A stretch of DNA of 63,346 nt, filler included, from Saprolegnia diclina VS20 (GCF_000281045.1; 6 parts of 2 records of this genome joined end to end with filler, not necessarily neighbours in it); one strand, 5' to 3'; counted from the first letter of the whole stretch, positions 47,569 through 59,166 are shown. Made by a program: numbers and translations. The notes: generated by a model not told the origin, from the sequence alone.

Positions 47569-49532
47569 CTAGACGGTGAGAAACACGTTGCGGCGGTGGA
47601 GGAGCAGCGCAATGCCGACCCAACTAGAGACGACCGTATGAACGAGCAGTAGGACGCAGTCGTACCTGATGGCGCCGAGGAGGGCCGAGAGCATCGAGAG
47701 CGTGTGCGTTGGCTCGATATCGTGTTTGAAGCCAAAGGGAAAGTGGTCCTGGAGCAGTTCGTGCTAGTAAACGTCCGTGAAAATTCTCAAAAACCCCGAA
47801 AATTCCACGTACGCCGAGGTAGAGCACGATGGGGTTCATGCCTGCTTGGACGAACGGCGCGCCCGTCCAAAGCTTGAACGTGTCGACAGCGAGAAAGAGG
47901 TAGAGCAACAGGAGACTCGCGAGGCTCGACGTCCCGAGCACGAACGAGAGGCTCCAGAGGTTCTTGTTGATCGGCACCCAGCCGTCGTTGAGCCGCCCTT
48001 GCGAGAGCACGAGCGCGCCGAGACCGAGACCGAGGCCAAGGAGCGCGAGGCGAAGCGCTCGCTGCGAGTAAGCAAGCGACGCGTCGGCGAGAAAAGCCGT
48101 CGCGACTTGCAATCCGAGAAAGGTTGTACTGGCCACCATGAGCCAGTTGAGCGCGCCTTCCGGGTCGAACGCGCCGGTCAAGTACACGTCCTTGGTCGTC
48201 GGGTTCTGGAAGATGTGGGCGTCGCCAAAGAGGAAGAGGTCCACGGCCTTGTGGGCGCCGCCCGTGCAGTTGGGGTAGAGGCCATCCTCGCCAATGCCAC
48301 CAGCACCGAGGTACCCGGTCGGACAGCCGCGCACCGGCAACAGAAAGACGAGGCCGCACTGAAGAGCAACAAGCAGCAGCATGAGTAGCCACTGCAAGAG
48401 GATCTGGCGCCGGCGATCGGTCGAGAGCGACGACGAGAGCAGCAGCACCATGGCCACGAGCCAGTACGCAACGCCAAACGACTGCAGCACCCCTAGCCAC
48501 GGTACAAATGTATCAAGTTGATGCTAAAATGGAAATTGTGTACCGGGAATGCGCCAATGGGCGAGGTCAAAACCATTGTTGAGAAACAAACCGAGCGCAA
48601 AGAGCTTGACACTGCGCAGCGTCACGGTGCGCGCAAAGGTCGCGGGGGCCCCGAGCTTCTTGACGAGCCCGATCGCCATGGTGGCGCCCATGATCCACGC
48701 AAACCTAGTGAAAATGCATTTTCCTCCAGTTGCTAGTCGGATGTACCAGGGAAAGCAGAGGTCGGCGACCGTGAGACCGTTCCACGTGCTGTGGTTGAAG
48801 AACCAGTAGTCGCCGCCGCCATAGTTGACAAAGATCATGGTGAAGATCGTGATTCCGCGGAAGACGTCGAGGCAGACGACGCGGGGCGGCTTCACTATGG
48901 GCCGCGCCGGCTCAAGCAGCGGCTGCTTGTCGTCGTTGTCGTCGTCGTCTTCGTCGCTACAATGCATGAGCGCACAGAGACGAGATGTTACAAACCGCAG
49001 AGAGGCGAGGTGTTTGGCCCAGAAGAATCGGACAGGACCGCTGACGATCCACAGGCTGAGAAGGCCCAAGAGAAACGGGAGCACGAGCGACGTCTCTCCT
49101 TCCTGCACGAGCTCGATGGACGCGTGGACGTCGCCAGAGTCGACTTGCTGCCCGAGCATCGAGTACGAGCCGTATTCGCTAAAGTGGTACCGACTGCGCC
49201 AGACCTACGCGTTGCATGAGGGAGGCGCCATCACCGTTGCCTGCCCGTACCGAGCGGTTGTCGCCGTGGAGCTCCAAGCTCATGGGAAACTTGGCGTCGA
49301 CGTGAAACGTGTAGTTGGTGTTGGGCGAGAGCGAGATGCACGACGCGTTGGTCGGTGCGCATCCTACGGGACGCAGCGGCAGCGGTGTGCACTACGTCGC
49401 CACCTCGTTGGCGCTTGGTCGCAGGAAGCTGCCTACCTTGTAGCAGTCGTCGGACGCCCAGAGAAGCTCGAGGCCATCGGCGTTCGCTGCGCTCGCCTCG
49501 GTGTAGCGGAACGCGAGGCTGGCTTGGTTCAT
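47569..49532 (-). CDS. HGSNAT: Heparan-alpha-glucosaminide N-acetyltransferase-like protein (multi-exon)
   Basis: MNQASL…WASDDCYK, LDVFRGITIFTMIFVNYGGGDYWFFNHSTWNGLTVADLCFPWF, RIPGVLQ, FDPEG, PINKNLWSLSF, GMNPIVLYLG, C-terminal WVGIALLLHRRNVFLTV*. Confidence 0.9.
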
Positions 49533-49595
49533 CTTCGCCCGTCAAGAAGGAAAGTGTGGCCTGATGATGCGCCGACCAAGATCGCACGAGAAGGC

Positions 49596-50026
49596 CATTG
49601 GCTAAAATACTGACATGGGTCCACCAGCTGATTGGGTGAATTCCTTGAACTTGCGCTGGATTGGACAAAAAAGAATCCATCCATCGACGCTCACCTGCAG
49701 CGCCACTCGCAAGCGCCCCGGTCTTCCAAGTAGACTACAGAGAAAGTAAGGCGTGTGCGCTCCTCATCGGCGCTTCAGTTGCGTTAACATCCCAAGTTGG
49801 GTGGGAATAGCGCTGGCCTAACGTCCATTTCCAATTTGGGGCGCATTGATTGGCTACTTTTATGCTGTTCGTGGATTGGTTTAAACAATGACATTTTGGG
49901 ATTGGCTGAAACACGTCGCTACTTGCAGTGGCGGGATTACAATACGGCGACTGGATTGGTTGAAATGCAAGTTATTCCGGCGTTTCATTGGTGCAACCGC
50001 ACACCTAGGGCTGTGATTGGCCGACA
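49596..50026. promoter_or_regulatory. Array of about 9 same-orientation ATTGG (CCAAT) motifs in a divergent promoter
   Basis: CATTGGCTAAAA 49596, GATTGGGTGAA 49630, GATTGGACAAAA 49659, GATTGGCTAC 49848, GATTGGTTTAAA 49874, GATTGGCTGAAA 49900, GATTGGTTGAAA 49954, CATTGGTGCAA 49986, GATTGGCCG 50015. Confidence 0.6.
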
Positions 50027-50096
50027 CGACGATCTTGAACCGACGTCAAATTTTTGTGGCATTCGATAATTATCTCTGGCGATGCTTGGCAGCGCG

Positions 50097-51693
50097 ATGG
50101 CGACGCTGAGCGCCGTCTGGCAGACCGCCCCGCTGCGCGCAGCCCACAAGGCGGCACCATCGAGGCCGACGGAGCCGCTCGCCACCCGGCGCGAGGCCAC
50201 CGCGCACGTCTACACGCAGCAGCTCTGCGCTTCCTTCCGGCGGCAGTGCTCGGGCATTGCGCTAGCGACCAGCGTACTTCCATGCGCTCAACGCCATTCG
50301 CTCACAGCATCTCTCGTGTCTAGAACCGGTATCGCGCTGTGGCGCAACGTGTCGGCTTGGCGCTGCGCTATCGAGCCCTTCTCGGGTACGCGGCCCCGAG
50401 CTCGGCGCACGAGACAGCATTTGACGATATTGCGTACGTGGCCCAGTTACCGAATGATGCTTGAGGAATAGTCTAGGTCGCGGTATAAGGCGCTACAGAC
50501 ACGTCTCGAGGCGGCGGCGACCATCGACTGTTGGGAGGCTATCGACCTGCACGTCCAAGAGGCCAAGGCCATGGGTGATAGCCTTGTGAACGAGCTGGAC
50601 GAACTCTTGCGGCGCGTTCGAGCCGACACGAGTGCCTGTCTCGCGGCCCGATCGGTCAAGCGACTCTTGCTTCACGAGCTGCCAGCGTGCTTTGTCAGTG
50701 TCTTTTCCTACCTCGGCACGGCGGATCTCGCGACTTGCCACGCCGTGTGCGCCGCGTGGCACCTCGTTTTGAGCTGCGACGGGACACTCTCATACGCGAT
50801 GACGACACCTGCGATGCGCTGGCGCTACTGGCGGCACTTTGCGCCATCTGCAGGTAGCTCCACTGCCCTTCTACTCGTCTCACAACGCCATTTTAGCGCT
50901 AGACTATAAAGCATTTGTACAGCCCAGTGCGCACGATGAGCTCATGGCCAAAGAGGTCGCACGCACAACGTTCTACCCGAAAGAGCTGCTGTACCCAACG
51001 ACCAAGCCGCACGGCTACCTCTACCGGCTCGGTTCGTCCACGCACCTCTCGAGCTCGCCCCTACTGCTGGAGCTCCACGCCAAGCTCATGGATGTCTTCC
51101 GCGCCTACGCTTGCTTCAGTCCGCACACGGGCTACGGCCATGGCATGACGCTCGTCGCATCGTCGCTGCTCACGTGCCTCGGGTACGACACGAGCACAAC
51201 CTTTGTCACTTGGACGCTGCTCATGGAGCACCGCCTCATGGGCAGTTTCTGGGACGGCGCGTCGCAGCGGTTTGGCCACGGCCTCGAGTACCGGCTGCAT
51301 GAGCTCACGTACTGCATGTACCGGTACCTCCCGGAGTTATCGCGCGTGCTGCAGACACGCGGCATCTCGACAGCGATGTTTGCGACCAGCTGGATTCTGT
51401 CGCTCTTTCTGAACGAGCGGTCGCTGCCACCGGCGGTCTGCGCCCACATACTCGACGCGTTCATTCGCGAAGGCTGGAGCAGCATGTTTGCTTTGTACAT
51501 GGGACTCTTCCTCCTCCACGACATTCCAGCCTCCGACGACACGTCGACCATCCTGCGCTGCATCTTGGCGCTGCCACGGCACCTCGGCGAACACGGCCTC
51601 GGACGCTACCGGTATGCAGCGTACACGACGCTGTCACCGCCGCTCACGGCGCTCTTGGCGTCGTACGAGGCCGACGTGCCCCCGAGTTTGTAA
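50097..51693 (+). CDS. F-box-like + TBC (Rab-GAP) domain protein (multi-exon)
   Basis: F-box-like LHELPACFVSVFSYLGTADLATCHAVCAAW. TBC features: MRWRYW, MAKEVARTTF, LMDVFRAYA…GYGHGM, LPELSRVL…MFATSWILSLF…HILDAFIREG. Confidence 0.8.
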
Positions 51694-51725
51694 GAACCCT
51701 AACCCTATTTATTAGCTTGTACAGC

Positions 51726-53675
51726 TTAACCTCTTAACATGGTCTCAATCGCGTCCATCGCTTCCTTGCGCTTGTGCGTGCGCGCCCGCTTCAGAAGTCC
51801 GTCGAGGAGGTCGGCGAGACACCGCCGATAGCGCCGCCTTGTGGCTTGTAGGACGGCGGCGCACATGGGCGACTCGCGCCACGATGGCGTCTCAAACGTG
51901 GCAAGCGGTCGCCGCGCAAAGGCGGGCCACTCGTCAAAGAGCGGGATCCGGCTGGCGTGGAAGAGGCAGAGTCGCTGGACGCTCAGCCGCGCGTACGCCT
52001 GCGTTTCGAGGCGGTGCAGAATGTCCATCGTCGACACCTCGGGCGCAATCGCCTGGATGAGCTTGAAGCTCGTCTCGACGCCAATGATAGCCCCCGTCGT
52101 AGCACATACCAAAAGCACGAGTTCGTCGACGAGGTTCGCGCGGTTGGCATGCGCCATCGTCCACGTCTCGGCGTCGTTGAGAACCCAGACGTTCTCGAGG
52201 GCAATGCGCGTGCACTTGCGCGTGAGGTTTGCGAGCGCTATGCGCCAGCTACCGGGCTTGCGACTCTGATATTCGGCCATGAGCTGCGCGTCGATCGTGC
52301 CAGTTGGAGCCCAGCGAGCGGCAGCCATGAGCTTCCACGCGCTCTCGTCTGACGCCAGCGCGTCATGCCACGCCCGGTTCAGTGCCAAGAGGGCGCTCCA
52401 CCCCCCCATGCGCAGGTACGGCAGCAGGTGGTGCACGAGGGGACGCTTGGTCGCATTGCCGCCGATAGGTAGAAACGTCGACGAGAGCGTTCGCGCTTGC
52501 TGCATAGCGGGGTCGAGTCGGTATTTGGTGTGTTGCTGCGACGCCTGGTTGGAGGGTCGGACCTCAAACTGCACAGCGGGGCTCGGCCGCGGGCGGCGAG
52601 GGCGCGTCATCGCCGGTGGCTTCAACGCGCTGGCGTGGTGAACCTTGGGGGGCGGGAATGACGTAACCGGAGGTTGCAAGCAGTGCGACGTGAGCACGAG
52701 GTTCGCTTCGGCTGGAGATGGCACGTGTCCCCGCGGCTTTGCCGTCGCAGGCGCAAAAGAGGATGTCCCTGCGCGCTCTGTCAGTGGTATTCGTCCTATA
52801 GAGCAGCTACCAGAGGGCTTTGGGCGTCGCGGCAGCGGCGTTTTGGTCGCGCGAGGTGTCTCGGTGGCGCTACAGTAGTATTAGCCTAGACCAAAAGTCG
52901 ATTTCAAAGACAACTTGTTGTTGTCCATATGGTTGGACACGTGGATTTGGCAGTGTTGGGCGCGGACTTGGCACTCGACAGAGCAGAAAAAGACTGTATC
53001 CTTGTTGGCGGGCGGGCGAGGACACACCTACGAGGCGCTTCCAGCACCAGCGTTTGCCGGTGCATCTACCTTGGCGCAGATCCAGCACGCCGCCAAAGGT
53101 TGTGTCTTCTTGACGCGCTTCTGCTTGCGGGACGGCGGAGCGATCGTCGGCAGCGAGACGTCGGTGGGGATCATGCGTGGCTCGGACGGGAGCTGCGTCT
53201 CAACATGACGCCGATGGAGGCTGGCGACCTCCCGCACGAACGCTTTCCAGGACGAGTCGACCAGCGAGATGCGAAAGAGCTGGCGGAGATGCAGATCGCT
53301 CAGCCCCAAGTGCGCGCCAAGGAGCTGCGTGCCGTTGACACCACTCTCCCCGGCGAGGCGTGCGAGCTCTAAGAACTGCAAGTGCTCGAGCCACGCGACA
53401 ACGTCGACCGTGTTCCATTCGCTTGTGGGTCGCCGAAGCAGCGCGTTCATTGATCGCTTTGGCACACCCGACGGTCGCGGCTTCTCGGTTGGGAGCACGG
53501 GGACCGGTGGCGCCGACGTCGGTGGCGTCTTTGCTGCTCGCTTCCAGTGCGTCCCGGTCTTCTTGGTCGGTTTGTTTGCGCGCTCCCAGTTGACCTTCTC
53601 GGTCTCCATCGTGAGCTTCACCTCGAGGAGCCGCGTCTCCATCGCGAAGATCTCGCGCTCGAGCTCGTCCGCCAT
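51726..53675 (-). CDS. SAM domain + FCS/TRASH-type zinc finger + F-box-like protein (3 exons)
   Basis: SAM: SEWNTVDVVAWLEHLQF…GVNGTQLL. Zinc finger: CWICAK|VCPRPPANKDTVFFCSVEC. An intron gttgtc…gctaat…tgtag joins it in frame to the 51726 ORF, which has F-box-like LVHHLLPYL…LALNRAW…WKLMAAARW. Confidence 0.6.
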
Positions 53676-53848
53676 GGCCGTTGGCGACTGGTAAATTTAG
53701 CAAGAAGTTTCGCAGGCGGCAGTCGTATGCGCGACAACTTGTACAGACGAGCAACTCTTTCGAGTACGTGGCGCGTCGACAGGAGACACAGTGTCATCAA
53801 CATATGAAAACTTATTGGATGTTTCAAGTCCACCTCTCGTATATCAAG

Positions 53849-55795
53849 TTAAATGAGGTCTGTGATACCAAGTACCTTTGGGCACGCTGTGATTTCAACC
53901 AAGGACAGAATCGACACGCTCGGGTCGAACGCTGCGTGGTTGCCGTCGATGACGGCGACGTGTCCGGCCATATTCTCAATGGGAAAGACGAGGCCCCAGT
54001 CCACGAAACCGAGCACGTGGAACTCACCGTAGACGAGACACACGAGGCCGTCGGCGGCAAGATTCCCTGCCTCGCAGCGTTGCGTCACTGGCAGCTTGGC
54101 GCGCGTGATCTGGCGCGCAATGCTTGGCGGCACCGAGAACGTCGAGTCGCGAAGGATCGCTTCGAGATGCGGCGCGACGTCCAAGCTGCACTCGATGCGG
54201 ATGGCCCCGCGCCGCTCGACGGGCGAGAGGAGGTACGCCGAGATGCTGCCCGTTTGCGTCGTGCACCGCCAGACGGCCGAGAGCACGAAAATCACGAGTG
54301 GCGACACGAGGGTGAAGACGCCAAAGAGGCGCCAGTAGAGTGAAAGGCTGTTGAGCTGGTTCGTGTAGACGTTGTAGATCGAGTTGGTGTAGTGATGCAC
54401 GACGACGCCGGTCCAGCGGTAGCCCTGGAAGAGACCCATGCCTCGGTTAGTGACGTACATGGGGATGTAGATCCACACCACCGGGGCGCCAAGGAGAAAG
54501 ATGTTTTCCGAGACGGCAAACGCTTTCGAGGGGCCAAAGAAAGCGCCAACGAGCCGCGAGGAGACGAGCAGCAGCAGCGCGCACGGCCAGACGATGCGCA
54601 TGATCGACATGTAGATGAGGAGGAGAGACCCATACGACGAGCCGTTGGTGTAGACTGTGTACTGGCAGTACACGACAATGTCTTCCACGCTCGTGACGGC
54701 TTCGAGAGAGAGAAGCAAGAGGATGAAGAGATTGTGGCGCTCTCGCTTGTGCAAGACAAGGCCCAAGTGACGCTGCCAGATCCACGCCAAGAACGGCTGG
54801 TGCTGGCGCCGAAACGCGAGCCAAATCGGACAGTAGATCGACGACACCCGAAAGTAGATGACGATTCCCAAAATGCAGAGGCGAAAGACGTCCTTGTACT
54901 GGAGTCGGATGAGGTTTTGGTCGCCGTCGGTCAAATGGCTGGTCGACACGTGGAAAAGCGAGTCGCGCAGTGTGATGACGTTGCCGTTGGCGGTGCGTGT
55001 GGTGCGGGCTACCCACGGACTCACCGTGTCGCCGTACCACGCTGATGTTGTGATTTGGCTCGCGGTGCCGCCGACGCGCAAGGTGGCCGAGCATCCAGTG
55101 AGCGAGCTGATGCTAAACGCGGGCGTCTCAACCGTCAACGGAATACTTGTAAAGGCAGGCGCGCCAGACGTGTTGGCGACAAGCACCTCTTGGATCCCAG
55201 ACGTCACATTCAGAATGTAGAAACCACCAAACTCCTTGCACCACTTGGTGGTCTCGGTTTGGCTCACGCGGTAGTTGATGACGCGGCCGTTGGCTGTCGT
55301 CATCGTGTCGCAAGCAAAGCTGTCGCCTTCGCCAAGCATCTCCAGGCACGTTCGGTCGACAGAGCTCGTCTGCACCGACCACTGCGTCGAGACAAATCGA
55401 GCGCCGTCGGGGATGTCGATGCGCTCGCCGGACAGCAGTGTGCAGTTGCCAAAGAAGTTACCAACGTGCTGCGTGGGAGCCTTGTCGATGGGGTAGTACG
55501 ATCGGCAGGTGGCGCCCGCGAGCGACCCGGTGCCGTACACTGGTAGCTCAAAGTAGCAGTCGAGGAACGGTCCATTCGGTGAGCAGACTTTGGACGAGAT
55601 ATTGTTGAAGGTATTCTCGACCGTGAGCTCGGGGGAGAAGCGATTGAACGATGTATCCGCGGACGAGTAGTAGCCGTAAAGAGTTTTGAGCGGATCCAGG
55701 AGCGAGTTGAGAGTCAGTAACGACCAGAGTAGGAAGCGGACCCGATTGAGCATTGGGTGGAGTCGTGCCACGCTGCCATCGATGACTGGTAACAT
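53849..55795 (-). CDS. Multi-pass membrane protein with a large Cys-rich ectodomain (unknown function)
   Basis: Intronless ORF of about 648 aa: N-terminal TM (FLLWSLLTLNSLLDP), Cys/NxT-rich loop, then several C-terminal TM helices. Confidence 0.8.
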   Translation of the reverse strand: MLPVIDGSVARLHPMLNRVRFLLWSLLTLNSLLDPLKTLYGYYSSADTSFNRFSPELTVENTFNNISSKVCSPNGPFLDCYFELPVYGTGSLAGATCRSYYPIDKAPTQHVGNFFGNCTLLSGERIDIPDGARFVSTQWSVQTSSVDRTCLEMLGEGDSFACDTMTTANGRVINYRVSQTETTKWCKEFGGFYILNVTSGIQEVLVANTSGAPAFTSIPLTVETPAFSISSLTGCSATLRVGGTASQITTSAWYGDTVSPWVARTTRTANGNVITLRDSLFHVSTSHLTDGDQNLIRLQYKDVFRLCILGIVIYFRVSSIYCPIWLAFRRQHQPFLAWIWQRHLGLVLHKRERHNLFILLLLSLEAVTSVEDIVVYCQYTVYTNGSSYGSLLLIYMSIMRIVWPCALLLLVSSRLVGAFFGPSKAFAVSENIFLLGAPVVWIYIPMYVTNRGMGLFQGYRWTGVVVHHYTNSIYNVYTNQLNSLSLYWRLFGVFTLVSPLVIFVLSAVWRCTTQTGSISAYLLSPVERRGAIRIECSLDVAPHLEAILRDSTFSVPPSIARQITRAKLPVTQRCEAGNLAADGLVCLVYGEFHVLGFVDWGLVFPIENMAGHVAVIDGNHAAFDPSVSILSLVEITACPKVLGITDLI

Positions 55796-56549
55796 CGCCA
55801 CCTTGCAGCGGAAATTGTGACGGACTCGGTGGTCCTACAGCGCCACTTCGAATCCGGGCAGCGCGATATGTGGATGAGCAACTGGTTCCAGTTGTCTTTC
55901 TCAAAATACCTCTGCGAAACGGTGCATTTCGCGCCAGAACCGAAATGCAAAACGAGGTTGCCAAGGCGAATGACCGCGCCACGGCGGCGCCGACGACGCG
56001 GGAAGTACGCGACGTGCATCTGCAGCCGCTCGCGATCGCAGCGTTTATCGCGTGGCTCGCTATCACCGTCAACTCGTTATTGGACCCGATCAAAACACTG
56101 TACGGGTACTATATCTACATGGACAGCTACAACCAGTACGTCGTGTGGCAGCTCACGATCGAGAATACCTTCAACAATATCTCGTCCAAAATCTGCTCAC
56201 CGAATGGACCGTTCCTCGACTGCTACTTTGAGCTACCAGTGTACGGCACCGGGTCGCTCGCGGGCGCCACCTGCCGATCGTACTACCCCATCGACAAGGC
56301 TCCCACGCAGCACGTTGGCAACTTCTTTGGCAACTGCACGCTGCCGTCCGGCGAGCGCATCGACATCCCCGACGGCGTTCGATTTGTCTCGACGCAGTGG
56401 TCGGTGCAGACGAGCTCTGTCGACCGGACGTGCCTGGAGATGCTTGGCGAAGGCGACAGCTTTGCGTGCGACGCTTACACCACAATGAATGGCCGCGTCA
56501 TCAACCACCGTGTGAGCCAAACCGAGACGACCAAGTGGTGCAAGGAGTT
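55230..56549. repeat. Inverted repeat, arms 55230-55628 and 56151-56549 (right arm runs into the gap)
   Basis: The reverse complement of the left arm matches the right arm, with a perfect run of over 100 nt (tctgctcaccgaatgg…gcacgttgg). Confidence 0.92.
55945..56549 (+). CDS. Paralogue of the 53849-55795 membrane protein, 3'-truncated by the gap
   Basis: MQNEVAKAND…NSLLDPIKTLYGYY…ENTFNNISSKICSPNGPFLDCYFELPVYG…TKWCKE. Confidence 0.8.
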
Positions 56550-56649
56550 NNNNNNNNNNNNNNNNNNNNNNNNNNNNNNNNNNNNNNNNNNNNTTAATTA
56601 ATTAANNNNNNNNNNNNNNNNNNNNNNNNNNNNNNNNNNNNNNNNNNNN
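56550..56649. other. Assembly gap with linker
   Basis: N run, TTAATTAATTAA, N run. Confidence 0.98.
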
Positions 56650-57335
56650 ACGACGTCCAGAAAGCCGTTGGACGCCGCGTTGTCCATGGCCGCGACCGTG
56701 CACCCGGTCGATCCTGCCTCGTGAAGCAGCTGCAGCGTCCCGAGGTGGCCGTAGTAGGCGATCATATCCATGGCAAAACCGATGACAGGGCAGTGCAGAT
56801 ACACCATTTCGGCGAGGTTGATGCCCTTCTCGCGCACGAGGTACTCGAGAAGACGCGCGTGGCCGCCGAGCGCTGCCGCCGTCGCAAGGGCCTTCGGGGT
56901 CTTGAGCAGCGACTCGAGCTCGTCGAGCCAGACGTTTTCCATGGGTGCACCCATGATCTCGGGGACCACGATTGAGTCGTCCCCGTACGAAGCGTTGGAC
57001 GCATCCGCGTAGAAGGCGACGTCGTGTGTCATACCTCCTTGGATCTCTTTGCCGTCGTACAAGACTTGCATCACGCGCTTGTACATGTCCTTGGAGCGGA
57101 TCAAGCGAAAGCGCTGCGGACCGAGGTAGGCTCTCGGCAACGTCGCAAGGTCGCCGGGCCAGTCGAGGCGAAAGGCGTCGGCCCACAGTTCCGAGGCCAC
57201 GTCGGCCCACAGCTCCGCGGCCACGTCTTCGTCCGAGGTATCCTGCTTCAAGGTGCCGTTGAGCCACTGCGTGAGTACGCCAGCGTGGGCGAAGATGGTC
57301 GGATGGAGGTCCTCGATAGCGTCCCAGTTGGCCAT
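56650..57335 (-). CDS. Ankyrin-repeat protein (oomycete-type), 3'-truncated by the gap
   Basis: AAALGGHARLLEYL, AMDMIAYYGHLGTLQLLHE, GCTVAAMDNAASNGFLDV. Confidence 0.8.
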
Positions 57336-57702
57336 GGCGCTTGTTGCGGATTGTGAGTGCACCATCCGTGTCATCCGGATAAATTACTGACAAGTGCAAA
57401 GTAAATTTACCGTTTTTATGACGAAATTCCGGTCGGCCATCGCCGCCGGGAGCCATCGATGGCACTGAACGACATGTAGGCGAGGGCACTGGAGTCACAT
57501 GCTAGCTGCACACATTTCGTTATTCAATGCTTCGACGTAGCTCACCGCACAATGTCAATGAACTCACTATGTACACGCTGTGGTACGAGGGTGGATCCAT
57601 CTTTTTCCCGAAATCTATTTTCTGAACCGGCTAAAAAAGCGCTACAGGTGGTGGCGAGCCGCAGACCCAGTCCTGCTGTAGCCGCCGGAAGTAGTTCATC
57701 TT

Positions 57703-57802
57703 NNNNNNNNNNNNNNNNNNNNNNNNNNNNNNNNNNNNNNNNNNNNTTAATTAATTAANNNNNNNNNNNNNNNNNNNNNNNNNNNNNNNNNNNNNNNNNN
57801 NN
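57703..57802. other. Assembly gap with linker
   Basis: N run, TTAATTAATTAA, N run. Confidence 0.98.
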
Positions 57803-57957
57803 CCGTGGGGGCGTATTTCACGTACCTCTTTGTCATTTCGCCGTCCCTCCACCCGCTCAACGCTCTTCCGGGGCCACCGCCGACCAGTATCTTTTTCGGC
57901 AACGGGTGCCCTCCAATATATTTTTGAACCCACCCCTCATCGCATCAATCGTGTAGC

Positions 57958-59166
57958 AAAGAGGTGGCGCAGTTTGCATGGGACGAGGCGACGCCGTTTC
58001 CGGGGGTCCAGGGCCAGTGGCTGGAGCAATATGGCCCTGCCTACCACATGCGCGTTTTCGCCACCGAGCGTGTTCGTCCACGATTCGACTTTAGAATGGA
58101 TCTTATGGGTTTTTGTAGCTCGCAATCGCCGACCCGGACGCGCTCAAGCACGTCCTTGTCTCGAACGCAAAGAACTACCCGCGCCATATTATCTCCCGGT
58201 CGCTGCTGCGGTCCTTCACGGGCGGCATTGGCCTCCTCAGCTCCGAAGACCCGACGCACGCCGGGCAGCGCAAGATGCTCAACCCGCACTTTGCGTACGC
58301 CAAGCTCAAGACATTCGTCGACATCTTTGCGCAGCATGCACAGACGTTCAACGCGCTCATGGCACCGAAAGCCGACTCGTGTGACGTCGTCGATATGTTT
58401 GATCGTACGCTGTTGTCTCATATTGTCTATCGTACCAATACCGTTTTGCTAGTCATGACCAAGTTGTCGTTTGACATTATTGGTCTCGCGGCGTTCGGAC
58501 TCGACTTCAACGCGCTCCACAACGACAGCGCCGACATCATGGCGGCCTTTGACGACCTCAACACGGTGCCAACGCTCCTCTTTGCGTTTGGGAATGCCTA
58601 CGTGCCGGGCTTTGAGAATCTCCCGCTACCCGATTTGCGTAAGCGCAAGGCGGCCAAGAAGGTGCTCTTCCAAGCCGTGCATGATGTGATTGCGACCAAG
58701 CTGAGCGCACCGCCAACGACGTCCCGGGACCTCCTCGACCTCATGCTCGACTCACCCGAGCACAAGATCACGGCGGACGAGGCGCGCGTGCACGTCATGA
58801 CCTTTCTTTTTGCTGGCCACGAGGTCGGTTCTGCATCATCGTGTATCGATTTTTCTTATTTTTCTTACTTCGAATAGACAACGAGCAACACGTTGTGCTG
58901 GGTCTTTGCAATGCTGGCGACGCACCCGGACGTCGAGGCCCGCGTCGTCGACGAGTGCCAGCGCGTCATGGCGACCGGTCAACTGTCGTGGGAAGCGGTC
59001 GGAGACCTCAAGTACCTCACGGCCGTCATCTACGAAACACTCCGCATCAACCCGACCGTCACGAACCTCGCGACGCGCGTCTGCGCAGCAGACGACTACA
59101 TTCCGATGGTCGACGGCAAACCCATCTTTTGCCCCGCGGTTCGACATTTGCTTCGTTTGCGATACA
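57958..59166 (+). CDS. Cytochrome P450, partial (both ends lost in gaps; multi-exon)
   Basis: WLEQYG, GLLSSE…HAGQRKMLNPHF, SFDIIGLAAFG, I helix TFLFAGHE|TTSNTLCW, K helix ETLR. The heme-binding Cys motif is not present in the available sequence. Confidence 0.9.

Noticed and set aside
51695..51706. AACCCTAACCCT telomere-like motif
   Set aside because: Only two units in a 32-nt intergenic gap, most likely chance.
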